DNA from: Candidatus Micrarchaeota archaeon
Lineage (GTDB): Archaea > Micrarchaeota > Micrarchaeia > Anstonellales > Bilamarchaeaceae
NCBI GenBank assembly: GCA_043812915.1
Contig: JBDRLQ010000003.1
Coordinates: 192,102 to 256,101 of the forward strand
Direction: 5' to 3'
Length of the DNA: 64,000 nt
The notes beneath the pieces were generated by a model. The model did no database searches. It was not told the DNA's origin and saw only the letters and a list, made by a program, of their open reading frames with translations. Positions 9,566 to 18,345 of the stretch are shown one piece after another. Position 1 is the first letter of the stretch, and every line of letters starts with the position of its first letter. Made by a program: the position numbers and the translations under genes.

Positions 9566-10246
9566 GGCCGAGAATACTGCCGGCTTCAGCCGAGCAGTTG
9601 AATCGGCCCAAAATTTTCTTTCTATTCCTTAACTCTTAACCTCAGAAATAGCTTTGGCAGCGGGCGCGCCGCCCCAGAGGGGCGGCACACAAACCTTCAG
9701 GAAAGGTCCGCTGCCGGGGCTGTTGGAAATGTCTAGTGGAACTCAGGATTTAAGAAGGAATTTGTATCACCTGGTTTTTGTATCGAAATGCAGGTACAAG
9801 GTTTTCCGGAATGAACACACAAAGAAAATCTGTACCGATGCATTCAAGGAAATTGAGAAGAATTACGGGATAAAGATTGAAGAGCTTGAATTCCAGCTGG
9901 ACCATGTGCACATGATGGTGCACATACCGGCTAAACTGTCTGTTTCCTATGCTGTGCAGTTGCTGAAAGGCACGTCGGCAAGAAGGATATTTGATGCTTC
10001 CCCCGGACTTTGTAAAAGATATCCCAGGGGAAGTTTCTGGAGTAGGTTCAAATATTATGGGACGGTGGGCCCAATGACTATAGATGCAGTCAGAAAATAC
10101 ATCGGTGCTCAGGATGTGCATCATGAGGCGCTGATAAACCCAGAAGCAGGTCAGATGCAGCTGGCACCGTTCTTTTCCTGAGGGCGCGAGCGGCAAATAC
10201 CGCGGGCTTTAGCCCGCGGATAGCGAGCGCCAGGGGGCCATCTCAC
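9566..10246 (+). mobile_element. IS200/IS605-family element (tnpA only)
   Basis: Related subterminal hairpins: left AATAC-TGCCGGCT-TC-AGCCGAGCAGT (9573-9598), right AATA-CCGCGGGCT-TT-AGCCCGCGG (10196-10219); TTGAA just left of the element and TCAC at 10243-10246 as candidate cleavage motifs; GC-rich ends against T-rich flanks. Ends inferred. Confidence 0.8.
9729..10181 (+). CDS. tnpA: IS200-type Y1 HUH transposase
   Basis: YHLVFVSKCRYKVF, DHVH (HUH), LKGTSAR, FWSR, catalytic YIGAQ. Confidence 0.95.
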   Translation: MSSGTQDLRRNLYHLVFVSKCRYKVFRNEHTKKICTDAFKEIEKNYGIKIEELEFQLDHVHMMVHIPAKLSVSYAVQLLKGTSARRIFDASPGLCKRYPRGSFWSRFKYYGTVGPMTIDAVRKYIGAQDVHHEALINPEAGQMQLAPFFS

Positions 10247-10429
10247 ACGTAGTGTTTTATTTTTGTTTTTTCTGAATTTTCTGCGTTTTAGCCCAAAAAA
10301 TTCATTTTTTCGATTTTTTTTCAGAAATGCTTTTAATATTTATCCTTGTAGCTAGAGCGTGGGAAAAAATTTTTCCCACTTGGAAAAAGTTTCCAATAAA
10401 AAAAACCAAAACAAATTGGGGTGAAATAT

Positions 10430-10549
10430 ATGGCAGCAAAGAAAGCAACTAAGAAGACCACAAAGAAGAAGACCGTGAAGAAGACGGCAAAGAAGTCGGC
10501 CGCAAAGAAAAAAACCACGAAGAAGAAAGCAGCCAAGAAAAAAAAATAA
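10430..10549 (+). CDS. 39-aa histone H1-like Lys/Ala/Thr micropeptide
   Basis: GGGGTG SD; MAAKKATKKTTKKKTVKKTAKKSAAKKKTTKKKAAKKKK; mixed AAG/AAA codons; upstream TTTTAATA box and downstream T-tracts. Confidence 0.8.
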   Translation: MAAKKATKKTTKKKTVKKTAKKSAAKKKTTKKKAAKKKK

Positions 10550-10628
10550 TTAGCTTATTTTGCTCTTGATTGCTTTTTTCACTTTTTTTCTCCTCTTTTT
10601 CTCCTTTTTCCGTTTCTGAATCCTCCTT

Positions 10629-11870
10629 TCACGCCAAATCCTTGTAAATCGGGAATTTTCCGCAGAGTTCTTTCACTTCCTGCATCGTTTTGAGCTTCAG
10701 CTCGCTGTCATTCGGGTTTTCGATAACTTTCACGAGCATGGCGGCAATCCGCTTCATCTCATCCTCTTTCATGCCCCGCGTCGTCAGCGCAGCGGTCCCG
10801 ATTCTCACCCCGCTTGTTATGAATGGGCTTTTCGGGTCGAATGGGATCGTATTCCTGTTCACTATGATGCCCGATTCCTCGAGCGCAATCTGTGCGTCCT
10901 TCCCGGTGATTCCTTTGGGGGTAAGATCGACAAGTATCAGGTGGGTCTCCGTTTTTCCAGTGACAATCCGCAGTCCCAGCGAAACCAGCTCTTCAGCGAG
11001 CACTTTGGCGTTTTTCACTATCTGTAAAGCGTAATCCTTGAATTCGGGCTGCATGGCCTCGTGGAAACAGACTGCCTTTGCCGCAATCGCGTGCTCCAGC
11101 GGCCCGCCCTGCATTCCCGGGAAGACTGCCTTGTCAATCGTCTTGGCGTTCTCCTCAGGCCCGAGAATCATCGCGCTTCGCGGCCCTCTTAGCGTCTTGT
11201 GCGTTGTGGATGTGATGATGTCTGCATATGGGGCCGGGGATGGATACGCCCCTCCTGCGACCAGGCCGGCGAAATGGCTGATGTCCGCCATCATGACGGC
11301 GCCTACTTCATCGCAGATGCTCCGAAACTGCTTGAAGTCTATAATTAGCGGATAAGCGGTATACCCGCAGATGATTAGTTTTGGCTTCTCCTCAATTGCC
11401 CTTTTCCTGATGGCATCATAATCCAGCGCCTCTGTTTCCTTATCAACACCATATGAGCATGCGTTGAACCATTTTCCTGAGAAATTGACCTGGGAACCAT
11501 GGGTAAGGTGCCCGCCATGCGCCAATTCAAGCCCCATGAACTTGTCCCCCGGATTCAGGAATGCGAAGAATGCGGCGACATTCGCGCTGGAGCCCGAGTG
11601 CGGCTGCATGTTCGCGTGCCCGACCTTGAAGAGCTCCTTTGCCCGGTCCTTTGCCAGGTTTTCAATCTCATCCACGTATTTGTTGCCGGCATAATATCTT
11701 TTGCCTGGATAGCCCTCGGCATACTTATTAGTTAATATGGAGCCTGTCGCCTCCATAACTGCCTGGCTGCTGTAGTTTTCAGATGCGATGAGCCTGAGAG
11801 TGCTTTTCTGGTATTCCAACTCCTTTTGTATGAGTTCATAAACTACACTATCTGTTTCTTTCAATGACAT
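10629..11870 (-). CDS. glyA: Serine hydroxymethyltransferase (bacterial type)
   Basis: [50 protein letters not shown]. Confidence 0.98.
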   Translation of the reverse strand: MSLKETDSVVYELIQKELEYQKSTLRLIASENYSSQAVMEATGSILTNKYAEGYPGKRYYAGNKYVDEIENLAKDRAKELFKVGHANMQPHSGSSANVAAFFAFLNPGDKFMGLELAHGGHLTHGSQVNFSGKWFNACSYGVDKETEALDYDAIRKRAIEEKPKLIICGYTAYPLIIDFKQFRSICDEVGAVMMADISHFAGLVAGGAYPSPAPYADIITSTTHKTLRGPRSAMILGPEENAKTIDKAVFPGMQGGPLEHAIAAKAVCFHEAMQPEFKDYALQIVKNAKVLAEELVSLGLRIVTGKTETHLILVDLTPKGITGKDAQIALEESGIIVNRNTIPFDPKSPFITSGVRIGTAALTTRGMKEDEMKRIAAMLVKVIENPNDSELKLKTMQEVKELCGKFPIYKDLA

Positions 11871-11944
11871 AAAACGACCTCTAATGAAGGCTTAGCAGAT
11901 AATTATTAAAAACCAATATGGACAAAGGCTTAGATACTCTTTAT

Positions 11945-12075
11945 GCCGAGATCGCATAATCCGGTAGTGCGCACATTTTGCTTGAGTGGATTAAGCAAAA
12001 GCGTAAGCCTGGAACCGGCTTTATGCCAGCGAGCGTGTCCCTTTGGGATTGAGAGTTCAAATCTCTCTCTCGGCG
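11945..12075 (+). tRNA. tRNA-Ser(GGA) with two introns: 29/30 (11975-12006, 32 nt) and 37/38 (12015-12031, 17 nt)
   Basis: Acceptor GCCGAGA/TCTCGGC, G73, long variable arm TCCC-TTT-GGGA, T arm GAGAG-TTCAAAT-CTCTC; removing both introns gives CACGC-CTGGAAA-GCGTG; BHB helices GCGC/GCGT and CTGG/CCAG. Confidence 0.92.
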
Positions 12076-12115
12076 TTCCTTCTTCTCAACTTTTATAAAT
12101 TTATAATATATCTTT

Positions 12116-12612
12116 ATGGTTTCAAGGAGGCTAAGCGCTGAAAAAATCGCCAGCCAGTGCCAGGTTTCAAGGACATGGGCAGCGCTCAAGAGCTCCACTG
12201 GCAGGGCTGTCCGCAGGCACGGATATGCATCTTCCTTCGTGGCATATAGCTTTCCGACTATCTCGGCGTTTTACTTTCAGAAGCTTGTTGGTGAAGACTC
12301 CTCGGGAGGGCTTATCTTGATGGCGATTTTTCCGATGTCAGGACAAAAGTCAACAGGCTTCTTGGTGAGGGCGCTTTCGAGGAGCAGCTGAGAGGGGGTG
12401 AGGGGGCGACCCTGGATAATATCTTCTGTGATGAGGCACTGTGCCTTCTGGCCAACCGCATGGATGCTGCTGGAATCGAATATCTGGAATGGGCAGACAG
12501 GAGTGGGCTGGTCAGGGCCATAAAAAACCAGTCAATCTATCCGTTTGGTTCATCCTACCATGAAATGGCCTCCAAAAATTCTCCGGCCCTCCGCGACTGC
12601 GTACCCTTTTGA
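12116..12612 (+). pseudogene. Orphan gene apparently split by a 1-nt frameshift near 12294
   Basis: Frame A ...FYFQKLVGE continues protein-like in another frame RLLGRAYLDGDFSDVRTKVNRLLGEGAFEE...CVPF*, which has no start of its own near the junction. Confidence 0.5.
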
Positions 12613-12687
12613 TTCCTCTCTGCGCTTCCTTCGGAATCACCGAAAATAATATAAATGCACTAATTGTAGTAGAAGCAAGGTGATACG

Positions 12688-13317
12688 TTGAAATTAATCA
12701 ATCTCGCGCTTGGTCTGTCATTGTTCTTATTGTTTTTCGGCTGCCTCAATCCGGAGGTGGTCACGCCACCGCCAGGAGTTCCGGTATCTCAACCGCCGCT
12801 CCTTCCTGGGTGCAAGATAGTCACTATCACCGAACCGTATGAGGAAACTGTCTGCTATAATATCACATATACTGATGAGGTATGTGAGCGGAAGGTGCTG
12901 GAATATTCCGTTTCGCAGATTTCTACTGTTGACCTATGCACTTCCGACGGAGGTTGTGTCGGCAAGGACATATCGACCTGCCTGAACATCTGCCAGAGCG
13001 CAATGAAGAGGTGCAGGATGAACCTTACGAACCTGGATGATACGAGCGCGGGCGTGTGGGTGGTGGGGGCGAACTTCACTACCGGCAAAGTCGGCTTCGA
13101 CAAGGAGCCAACCAGCGCATACATAAAGGCGGGGGACACATTCACATTCGACTATTCCCAGCTATACAGCCTCGGCCTTTACGGCAACTCGATGGCGTGT
13201 TCCCTGTTTGTTGTCGGAGCTCCGGTTGTGGATGTTTGCCATATGGAGAGCAGGGACGATACCCAGTGCGATGAAATCACCAGGTACAAGACCGTCGAGA
13301 GGGAAGTGTGCGAATAA
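12688..13317 (+). CDS. Cys-rich secreted lipoprotein-like protein
   Basis: Signal ending LLFFGC, Pro-rich linker, many Cys, N-x-T sequons. Confidence 0.8.
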   Translation: MKLINLALGLSLFLLFFGCLNPEVVTPPPGVPVSQPPLLPGCKIVTITEPYEETVCYNITYTDEVCERKVLEYSVSQISTVDLCTSDGGCVGKDISTCLNICQSAMKRCRMNLTNLDDTSAGVWVVGANFTTGKVGFDKEPTSAYIKAGDTFTFDYSQLYSLGLYGNSMACSLFVVGAPVVDVCHMESRDDTQCDEITRYKTVEREVCE

Positions 13318-13356
13318 TCTCTCCTTTTTTATTTCTTCTTCTATATTTTTTCCTCT

Positions 13357-14514
13357 ATGCCTGATTCAGAAAGAGTAATCAATATCCATTACGGGGAAAT
13401 CGCGTTAAAGGGCAAAAACAGGGCCGCCTTCGAGCGCAGGCTGATGGACAACATCTCAGTTTCGCTTTCTGGAATCAAGTGCGGGAAAGTCCGCAAGATT
13501 GAATCAAGGCTTGTCCTTCCACTTGGCAAGGCCCATGAGGGGGAAGTGCTCGTTGCGCTCTCCAGGGTTTTCGGGATAGAATGGTTCGCCCCCGCGCTTC
13601 TGGTCCCCAACAAAATCGCATCAATGCAAAACGCCATCTTCAGCCTTGCCGCTCCGTTCAAGGAAAAGACCATGAAGCTGGAGACTAGCAGGTCCGACAA
13701 GTCATACCCCTTGAAATCTCCAGACATAAGCAGGAAACTGGGCATGGCCATGGAGGAGGGCGGGTTCTCCATAGATATCCGCAATCCTGATGAGATAATC
13801 ACAATTGAGGTGCTCAAGGGCCAGGCTCTCGTGTCCGCGGGCAGGCGGCGCGGCCCGGGGGGATTGCCCGTTGGGAGCAGCGGGAAATTGCTTTCACTGC
13901 TATCCGGAGGAATTGATTCCCCGGTCGCCTCATATCTTATGATGAAGAGGGGCTGCAGCGTGGATTTCCTGCATTTCCATTCGTTCGCCAAGAACGCCGA
14001 GGCCGAAAAATCCAAGATGGGGAGGCTGGCAAAGCAGCTGCGCCTCTATTCGGACGGGCCGATGCGCATGTTCATTGCCCCATATTCGGAATTCTACAAG
14101 AAATCCTTCGATTTGCCCCCTAGGATTGAGCTTGTCCTTTTCAGGAGGTTCATCCTGCGCCTTGGAAGCCGGCTTGCTGAAGAGCATGGCCACCTCGGCC
14201 TGGTAACTGGGGATAGCGTAGGGCAAGTGGCTTCTCAGACCCTGGAAAACCTCAGGGCAACGACCGAGGCGGCCACATGCCCGGTCTACAGGCCCCTAGT
14301 CTCCTTTGACAAGCAGGAGATTATCAACCTTGCAAAGAGACTTGGGACCTACGAAATATCGATAGAGGAATACAAGGACTGCTGCTCGCTGGTGGCCCAG
14401 AAGCACCCGAATACGAAGGTGCGGCTTGAAGCTGCGAAGAAAGCCGAGGAAGAAATTAAAATCGATGAAGTTATCGAAAAGACGCTTAAGGATATAAAGA
14501 TAATCGAAATCTGA
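13357..14514 (+). CDS. thiI: tRNA 4-thiouridine(8) synthase (no rhodanese domain)
   Basis: HYGEIALKGKNR, THUMP region, GGLPVGSSG, LSGGIDSPVA, GQVASQTLEN, YKDCC. Confidence 0.97.
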   Translation: MPDSERVINIHYGEIALKGKNRAAFERRLMDNISVSLSGIKCGKVRKIESRLVLPLGKAHEGEVLVALSRVFGIEWFAPALLVPNKIASMQNAIFSLAAPFKEKTMKLETSRSDKSYPLKSPDISRKLGMAMEEGGFSIDIRNPDEIITIEVLKGQALVSAGRRRGPGGLPVGSSGKLLSLLSGGIDSPVASYLMMKRGCSVDFLHFHSFAKNAEAEKSKMGRLAKQLRLYSDGPMRMFIAPYSEFYKKSFDLPPRIELVLFRRFILRLGSRLAEEHGHLGLVTGDSVGQVASQTLENLRATTEAATCPVYRPLVSFDKQEIINLAKRLGTYEISIEEYKDCCSLVAQKHPNTKVRLEAAKKAEEEIKIDEVIEKTLKDIKIIEI

Positions 14515-14515
14515 A

Positions 14516-15376
14516 CTAATCCGGCTTATGGACCCGCTCAAGCTTCACCGCGAGCCCATGGTTCCTTTCTTCAAGTTCAGAAGCAGAAATCTGGGCAATG
14601 CCCACCCCTATGAATTGCTTGCCGGAATACAGGGCAACGCGCTCCCCTCCCTTCACTTCATTTTCGAATTTCTCGAGAGCTGGCACCATCACCTGCGCGC
14701 CTGTGAAAACCGATTGCACCGCGCTTTCCTTGATGAAAGCCTTTGGCAGGTCAATGAACTCTTCCGGCGCGTGTATCATCTTCTCAAGCGAAGAAGAATC
14801 ATTCTCCTCCTTCCAAGCGTGCACGGCATCAATAAGCTCCTGCATGGTGAATGCCTGCTTTTCGGAAATGCCCCCGACAGCGGTCCTGCGCAACTCCTCC
14901 ATCCGCGCGCCGCCGCATTTCTTACCGATGTCAACGCAAAGGGTCCTGATATATGTGCCCGCATCGACTTTCGTCTCAAAGAGCCCAAAACGCCCGTTTG
15001 ACTCAAGCAGGTTAAGGTGATGGATGACACGTTTCCGGTGCCTCCTGCGAACCGCGCTCATTTTCGGGGGCATCTGCACTATCTCTCCAGTAAACTGCGC
15101 AAAAAGCTCCTCAATCCTCTTTCCGGGCTGCGGCTCCCTGAATTTTATGATGCCGACATAGGTCTTATTGGTGCCTGCGATGTACCTCAGGAGCTTGGTG
15201 GCACGGCCAAGAGCGACCGGCAGGACCCCGGATACCTTTGGGTCAAGGGTCCCGGCATGCCCGCTCCTGCTGACGCCGACTATCTTCTTCACAAAAGTAG
15301 TTATCTCATGGCTGGACTGTCCGCACGGCTTGTCTATCACTATCACGCCGTTGCCGATGAGCTTTTCAAGTTCCAT
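14516..15376 (-). CDS. cbf5: H/ACA pseudouridine synthase Cbf5 (TruB family) with PUA domain
   Basis: IDKP, GHAGTLDPKVSGVL, QMPPKMSAV, GTYIRTLC, MEELRRT. Confidence 0.96.
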   Translation of the reverse strand: MELEKLIGNGVIVIDKPCGQSSHEITTFVKKIVGVSRSGHAGTLDPKVSGVLPVALGRATKLLRYIAGTNKTYVGIIKFREPQPGKRIEELFAQFTGEIVQMPPKMSAVRRRHRKRVIHHLNLLESNGRFGLFETKVDAGTYIRTLCVDIGKKCGGARMEELRRTAVGGISEKQAFTMQELIDAVHAWKEENDSSSLEKMIHAPEEFIDLPKAFIKESAVQSVFTGAQVMVPALEKFENEVKGGERVALYSGKQFIGVGIAQISASELEERNHGLAVKLERVHKPD

Positions 15377-15388
15377 GAAAGGCTAACC

Positions 15389-15547
15389 TTATGCAGGGTC
15401 AAGCTGGGTGACCGCTACTTTCCTCTCCTTGCCCTTCTTGGTTTTGATGGTGGCGAATTTCCCATCCAATGCCAATATTTCCACTTCCTCGCCTGCCCTG
15501 CGGCCCTTCCTCAATATGCCATTGCTTCCCGCGTCTATTGCTGCCAT
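15389..15547 (-). CDS. rpl14e: 50S ribosomal protein L14e (short, 52 aa)
   Basis: Hand translation MAAIDAGSNGILRKGRRAGEEVEILALDGKFATIKTKKGKERKVAVTQLDPA; KOW GR.AG motif; canonical cmk-L14e-cbf5 position. Confidence 0.85.
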   Translation of the reverse strand: MAAIDAGSNGILRKGRRAGEEVEILALDGKFATIKTKKGKERKVAVTQLDPA

Positions 15548-15553
15548 ATAAAT

Positions 15554-16069
15554 TCACCCTCTCTTCTGCTCGATAATCGCAAGTGCGATGCCCAGCAGCT
15601 GTTCCGGCCGGTATATGCCGCTGTTGAGGCACGCATCAAAGATATCATCATTGTCAATATCAATTCCATATAGTTTCTTATAGCGCTTCCGGTTGCGCTC
15701 GTCCCTCTCAAGAAGATGCTCAAGGGCCTCTTCATCCCCCATGGAATCGCGCTTGGAAATCCTCTCTGCCCTGGTATTGTCGGGCGCGAACACCCTTATG
15801 CGGACATCTGCCTCGACCATCCATGGGCCGAGCCAGGTCGTCACCACACAATCGCCATTCGCGGCCTCTTCTTTCAGGAGCGCATCGAACTTCTTGTCGA
15901 TGTCCGGGTCCTTCTCTGCCTTCTTGTGGTATTCCATCAGGGGGACGCCCTCTCTCCTGGCCAGGTCCTTGAAGGTCGGGCACACAAGCCGGTATCCAAG
16001 CTCCTTTGCCAGAAGCTCCCCGAGCGTATTCTTCCCGCTTCCGGTAAATCCTGATACCGCGATTATCAT
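15554..16069 (-). CDS. cmk: Cytidylate kinase (archaeal)
   Basis: SGFTGSGKNT P-loop, DPDIDKKFD, KRYKKLYGID. Confidence 0.93.
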   Translation of the reverse strand: MIIAVSGFTGSGKNTLGELLAKELGYRLVCPTFKDLARREGVPLMEYHKKAEKDPDIDKKFDALLKEEAANGDCVVTTWLGPWMVEADVRIRVFAPDNTRAERISKRDSMGDEEALEHLLERDERNRKRYKKLYGIDIDNDDIFDACLNSGIYRPEQLLGIALAIIEQKRG

Positions 16070-16869
16070 TTTTTCTTCACCATCCTCTTAATCAGGAACG
16101 ATATGAGTATCCCTGAAATCAGTGACACGAAGATGAACCACCAGTGGGGCTGGTATATCCTCTGCACATCCAGAATCGGGATTTTGAATGGAAGGTCGAC
16201 ATAGAAGAACGTTCCGTTGGAGATGCTCAATTCCACCTCATGGGTTTCGGAGGGCGGAATCACGTTTATTATCGCGGTCTCCCCGGGATAGTACGTCTCC
16301 CTCTCCGGGCTTATCAGCATCTGCTGCCCGGTCCCATGCTCCACATAAATCTCGTCATGGCTCTTGACATTGTACAGGAAATATGTCTCGTTCACCCCTA
16401 ACTCGCTTCCGCCATTTTTCGCCTTGGCGGTCGCGGTCCACTTGCCGAAGTTCTCATTGTTCAGCTCAACGCAGGCGGTATAAACCCCATCATCCGGAAG
16501 CTTATCGCAATCCCCGCCATCATCGAACAGCACGAAATGGATGTCATCCTCCACAAACGGGTTGATGCTGTTCACCCCGAAACTGAAAGCGAAGAAAATA
16601 GCGATAATGATAATCATGGGCTTGAACTGCTGCATCATCACCTTGTTCATCTTCGGGAACAGTTCCATCTGCTTCTTCATGATGGCCTCCATCTTGGCCT
16701 GGTCTTTGGCATCTGTCGCCTTTTTGTATTCGGCATTAAGAGCCTTGGACTCCTTCTGTAGCTCCTCCATCTTGCTCCTGTCCACCAGGGTGTTCTGGAG
16801 ATATCTGGAAATTCCTGCATATACAATGGCTGCCACTGCAACCAGTATAATATAAAAACTAAAATCCAT
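16066..16869 (-). CDS. DUF106/EMC3 (Oxa1-superfamily) membrane protein with inserted extracellular domain
   Basis: TM, coiled coil, MMQQFKPMII, C-terminal WWFI TM; position upstream of cmk; ~110-aa insert. Confidence 0.88.
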   Translation of the reverse strand: MDFSFYIILVAVAAIVYAGISRYLQNTLVDRSKMEELQKESKALNAEYKKATDAKDQAKMEAIMKKQMELFPKMNKVMMQQFKPMIIIIAIFFAFSFGVNSINPFVEDDIHFVLFDDGGDCDKLPDDGVYTACVELNNENFGKWTATAKAKNGGSELGVNETYFLYNVKSHDEIYVEHGTGQQMLISPERETYYPGETAIINVIPPSETHEVELSISNGTFFYVDLPFKIPILDVQRIYQPHWWFIFVSLISGILISFLIKRMVKKK

Positions 16870-16925
16870 GAAGAACTGTTTTGATGGGAATGATTAAATA
16901 ACTTCTTCATACCAGCTAATAATTA

Positions 16926-17480
16926 ATGTCCGAAGAAATTGATTCTGAAACAAAACTTAAGCTCTACATGCTGATGGTAAGCCGCTATAAGGATCTTATC
17001 AATGAGAACGAAACCCGTTCAGTTTCTGAGATAAGGCAGAGGGTTTCGCCCTATTCCGAGATTATCAAGAAGCTGAGCGCGCGATTCACTTCCGACCTTG
17101 CGCCGTTCTCGCATGAGAAGCACTTCATCACAGTGGCGCAGCGCGCAATCAACTATCTGCGAGAAATCAAGACATGCCAGTTCCTGATAACCTTCTGGCT
17201 TGGCTTCGATGAGATGGACAAATTGAAACTTGGCGGCGTGATGGACAAGGCGCTGCTTCTTGCCGCCCTGCTTCGCTCTTTCGGCTCGGACACTGTGCTG
17301 GTCAAGGTCACCAAAAGCGGAAATACCTATGTTGTGTTCCCTTGGGAAGGCAAGGACTACGTTTTCGTTCCTGAGAGCGGCTCATTGCTCGCAGGAGATG
17401 ATGTTGGCGCCCTGTTCGCCAAAGACCCTGTTGACTATGCGTTCAATGACCTCTCCTATGAAAAGTATGGGGAGGATTAG
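16926..17480 (+). CDS. Hypothetical protein, transglutaminase-like fold probably inactive
   Basis: GGVMDKALLLAALLRSFG resembles the G.C.D.A.LL..LLR..G motif without Cys. Confidence 0.65.
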   Translation: MSEEIDSETKLKLYMLMVSRYKDLINENETRSVSEIRQRVSPYSEIIKKLSARFTSDLAPFSHEKHFITVAQRAINYLREIKTCQFLITFWLGFDEMDKLKLGGVMDKALLLAALLRSFGSDTVLVKVTKSGNTYVVFPWEGKDYVFVPESGSLLAGDDVGALFAKDPVDYAFNDLSYEKYGED

Positions 17481-17533
17481 CGCTTTCTACTGATTTTTTG
17501 TAGCAACCACCGGATTAAGTTGTAGTAAATGTT

Positions 17534-17557
17534 ATTAACAGATTAATATCTGTTAAT
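17534..17557. promoter_or_regulatory. Perfect 10-bp inverted repeat in AT-rich intergenic region (candidate operator or terminator)
   Basis: ATTAACAGAT-TAAT-ATCTGTTAAT. Confidence 0.45.
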
Positions 17558-17649
17558 TTTAATGTATTTCTATGGATTTCTTGATATATCCTTTATTAAT
17601 ATATTGGTTTAAAGTTACTCTTAGAGTTATTTGATGGGAGGAGAAAATC

Positions 17650-18345
17650 ATGGGACTAGGAGAGCAATCACGAAGACTTATCTTCTGCGCGCATGGGGGA
17701 GCGCAGGATGGCAGGCCCGGGGGGCTAAGGGATTTCAGGACCGATGCGAGAAGCGGGCTGGCCGATTTGGTCCGGAAGATGGATCCTGCCGCCAGGCTGG
17801 ATCTCTTCAAGGTAAGGGCAAAGAATGGGGAACTACAACAGCCCAAGCTGGAAGCGCTTGTTGTCAAGGCTATGGCATTCAAGGAAGGCGCATGGAATCG
17901 CTTCGAGGAGGGCACGCTTGACGGTTCAAACCTTGCCGCCGAGCTTTGCAGGGCAAACGTTGTCACTGAGCTCGCATCAGGAATCAGCACTACCTGGAGG
18001 CGCGCAAAGGATAAGGGGGATAAAGCTGCAGAGATGGGTGTGCAAGCTTCCGAGGCTGAGATGTGCCTCGCGCTTGAAGTTATGGGTGAGTGCAATACTG
18101 CTGCGGGTGTGCTGCTGCAGAATGAAAGGCAGGCCAAGCTGCATGAAGTGTCTTATTCGGACGATGAGCATGAGGCCGAGGGCACCAGGAACAGCTACCT
18201 GGCTCCTGCAAGAGAGCTTTATGATCATGTGCACGGGCTTCTGTGCGAGCACGCCGCCAGGGTGAATGTTGAAATCCCGCAGTTCGAGGCGGTGGTCCAG
18301 CAGTCCCAGGCAGAAGTCACCGTTGGAAGGCAGCAGCCTTCATAA
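17650..18345 (+). CDS. Hypothetical protein (orphan)
   Basis: 231-aa ORF with GGAGG SD; no recognised motif. Confidence 0.7.
   Translation: MGLGEQSRRLIFCAHGGAQDGRPGGLRDFRTDARSGLADLVRKMDPAARLDLFKVRAKNGELQQPKLEALVVKAMAFKEGAWNRFEEGTLDGSNLAAELCRANVVTELASGISTTWRRAKDKGDKAAEMGVQASEAEMCLALEVMGECNTAAGVLLQNERQAKLHEVSYSDDEHEAEGTRNSYLAPARELYDHVHGLLCEHAARVNVEIPQFEAVVQQSQAEVTVGRQQPS

Noticed and set aside
10182..10429. tnpB/omegaRNA downstream of tnpA
   Set aside because: The right-end hairpin follows the tnpA stop directly and the rest is T-rich with no RuvC ORF.
10333..10536. Minus-strand Phe-rich 67-aa ORF resembling a membrane peptide
   Set aside because: Antisense shadow of the Lys-rich plus-strand ORF, which has the SD and terminator.
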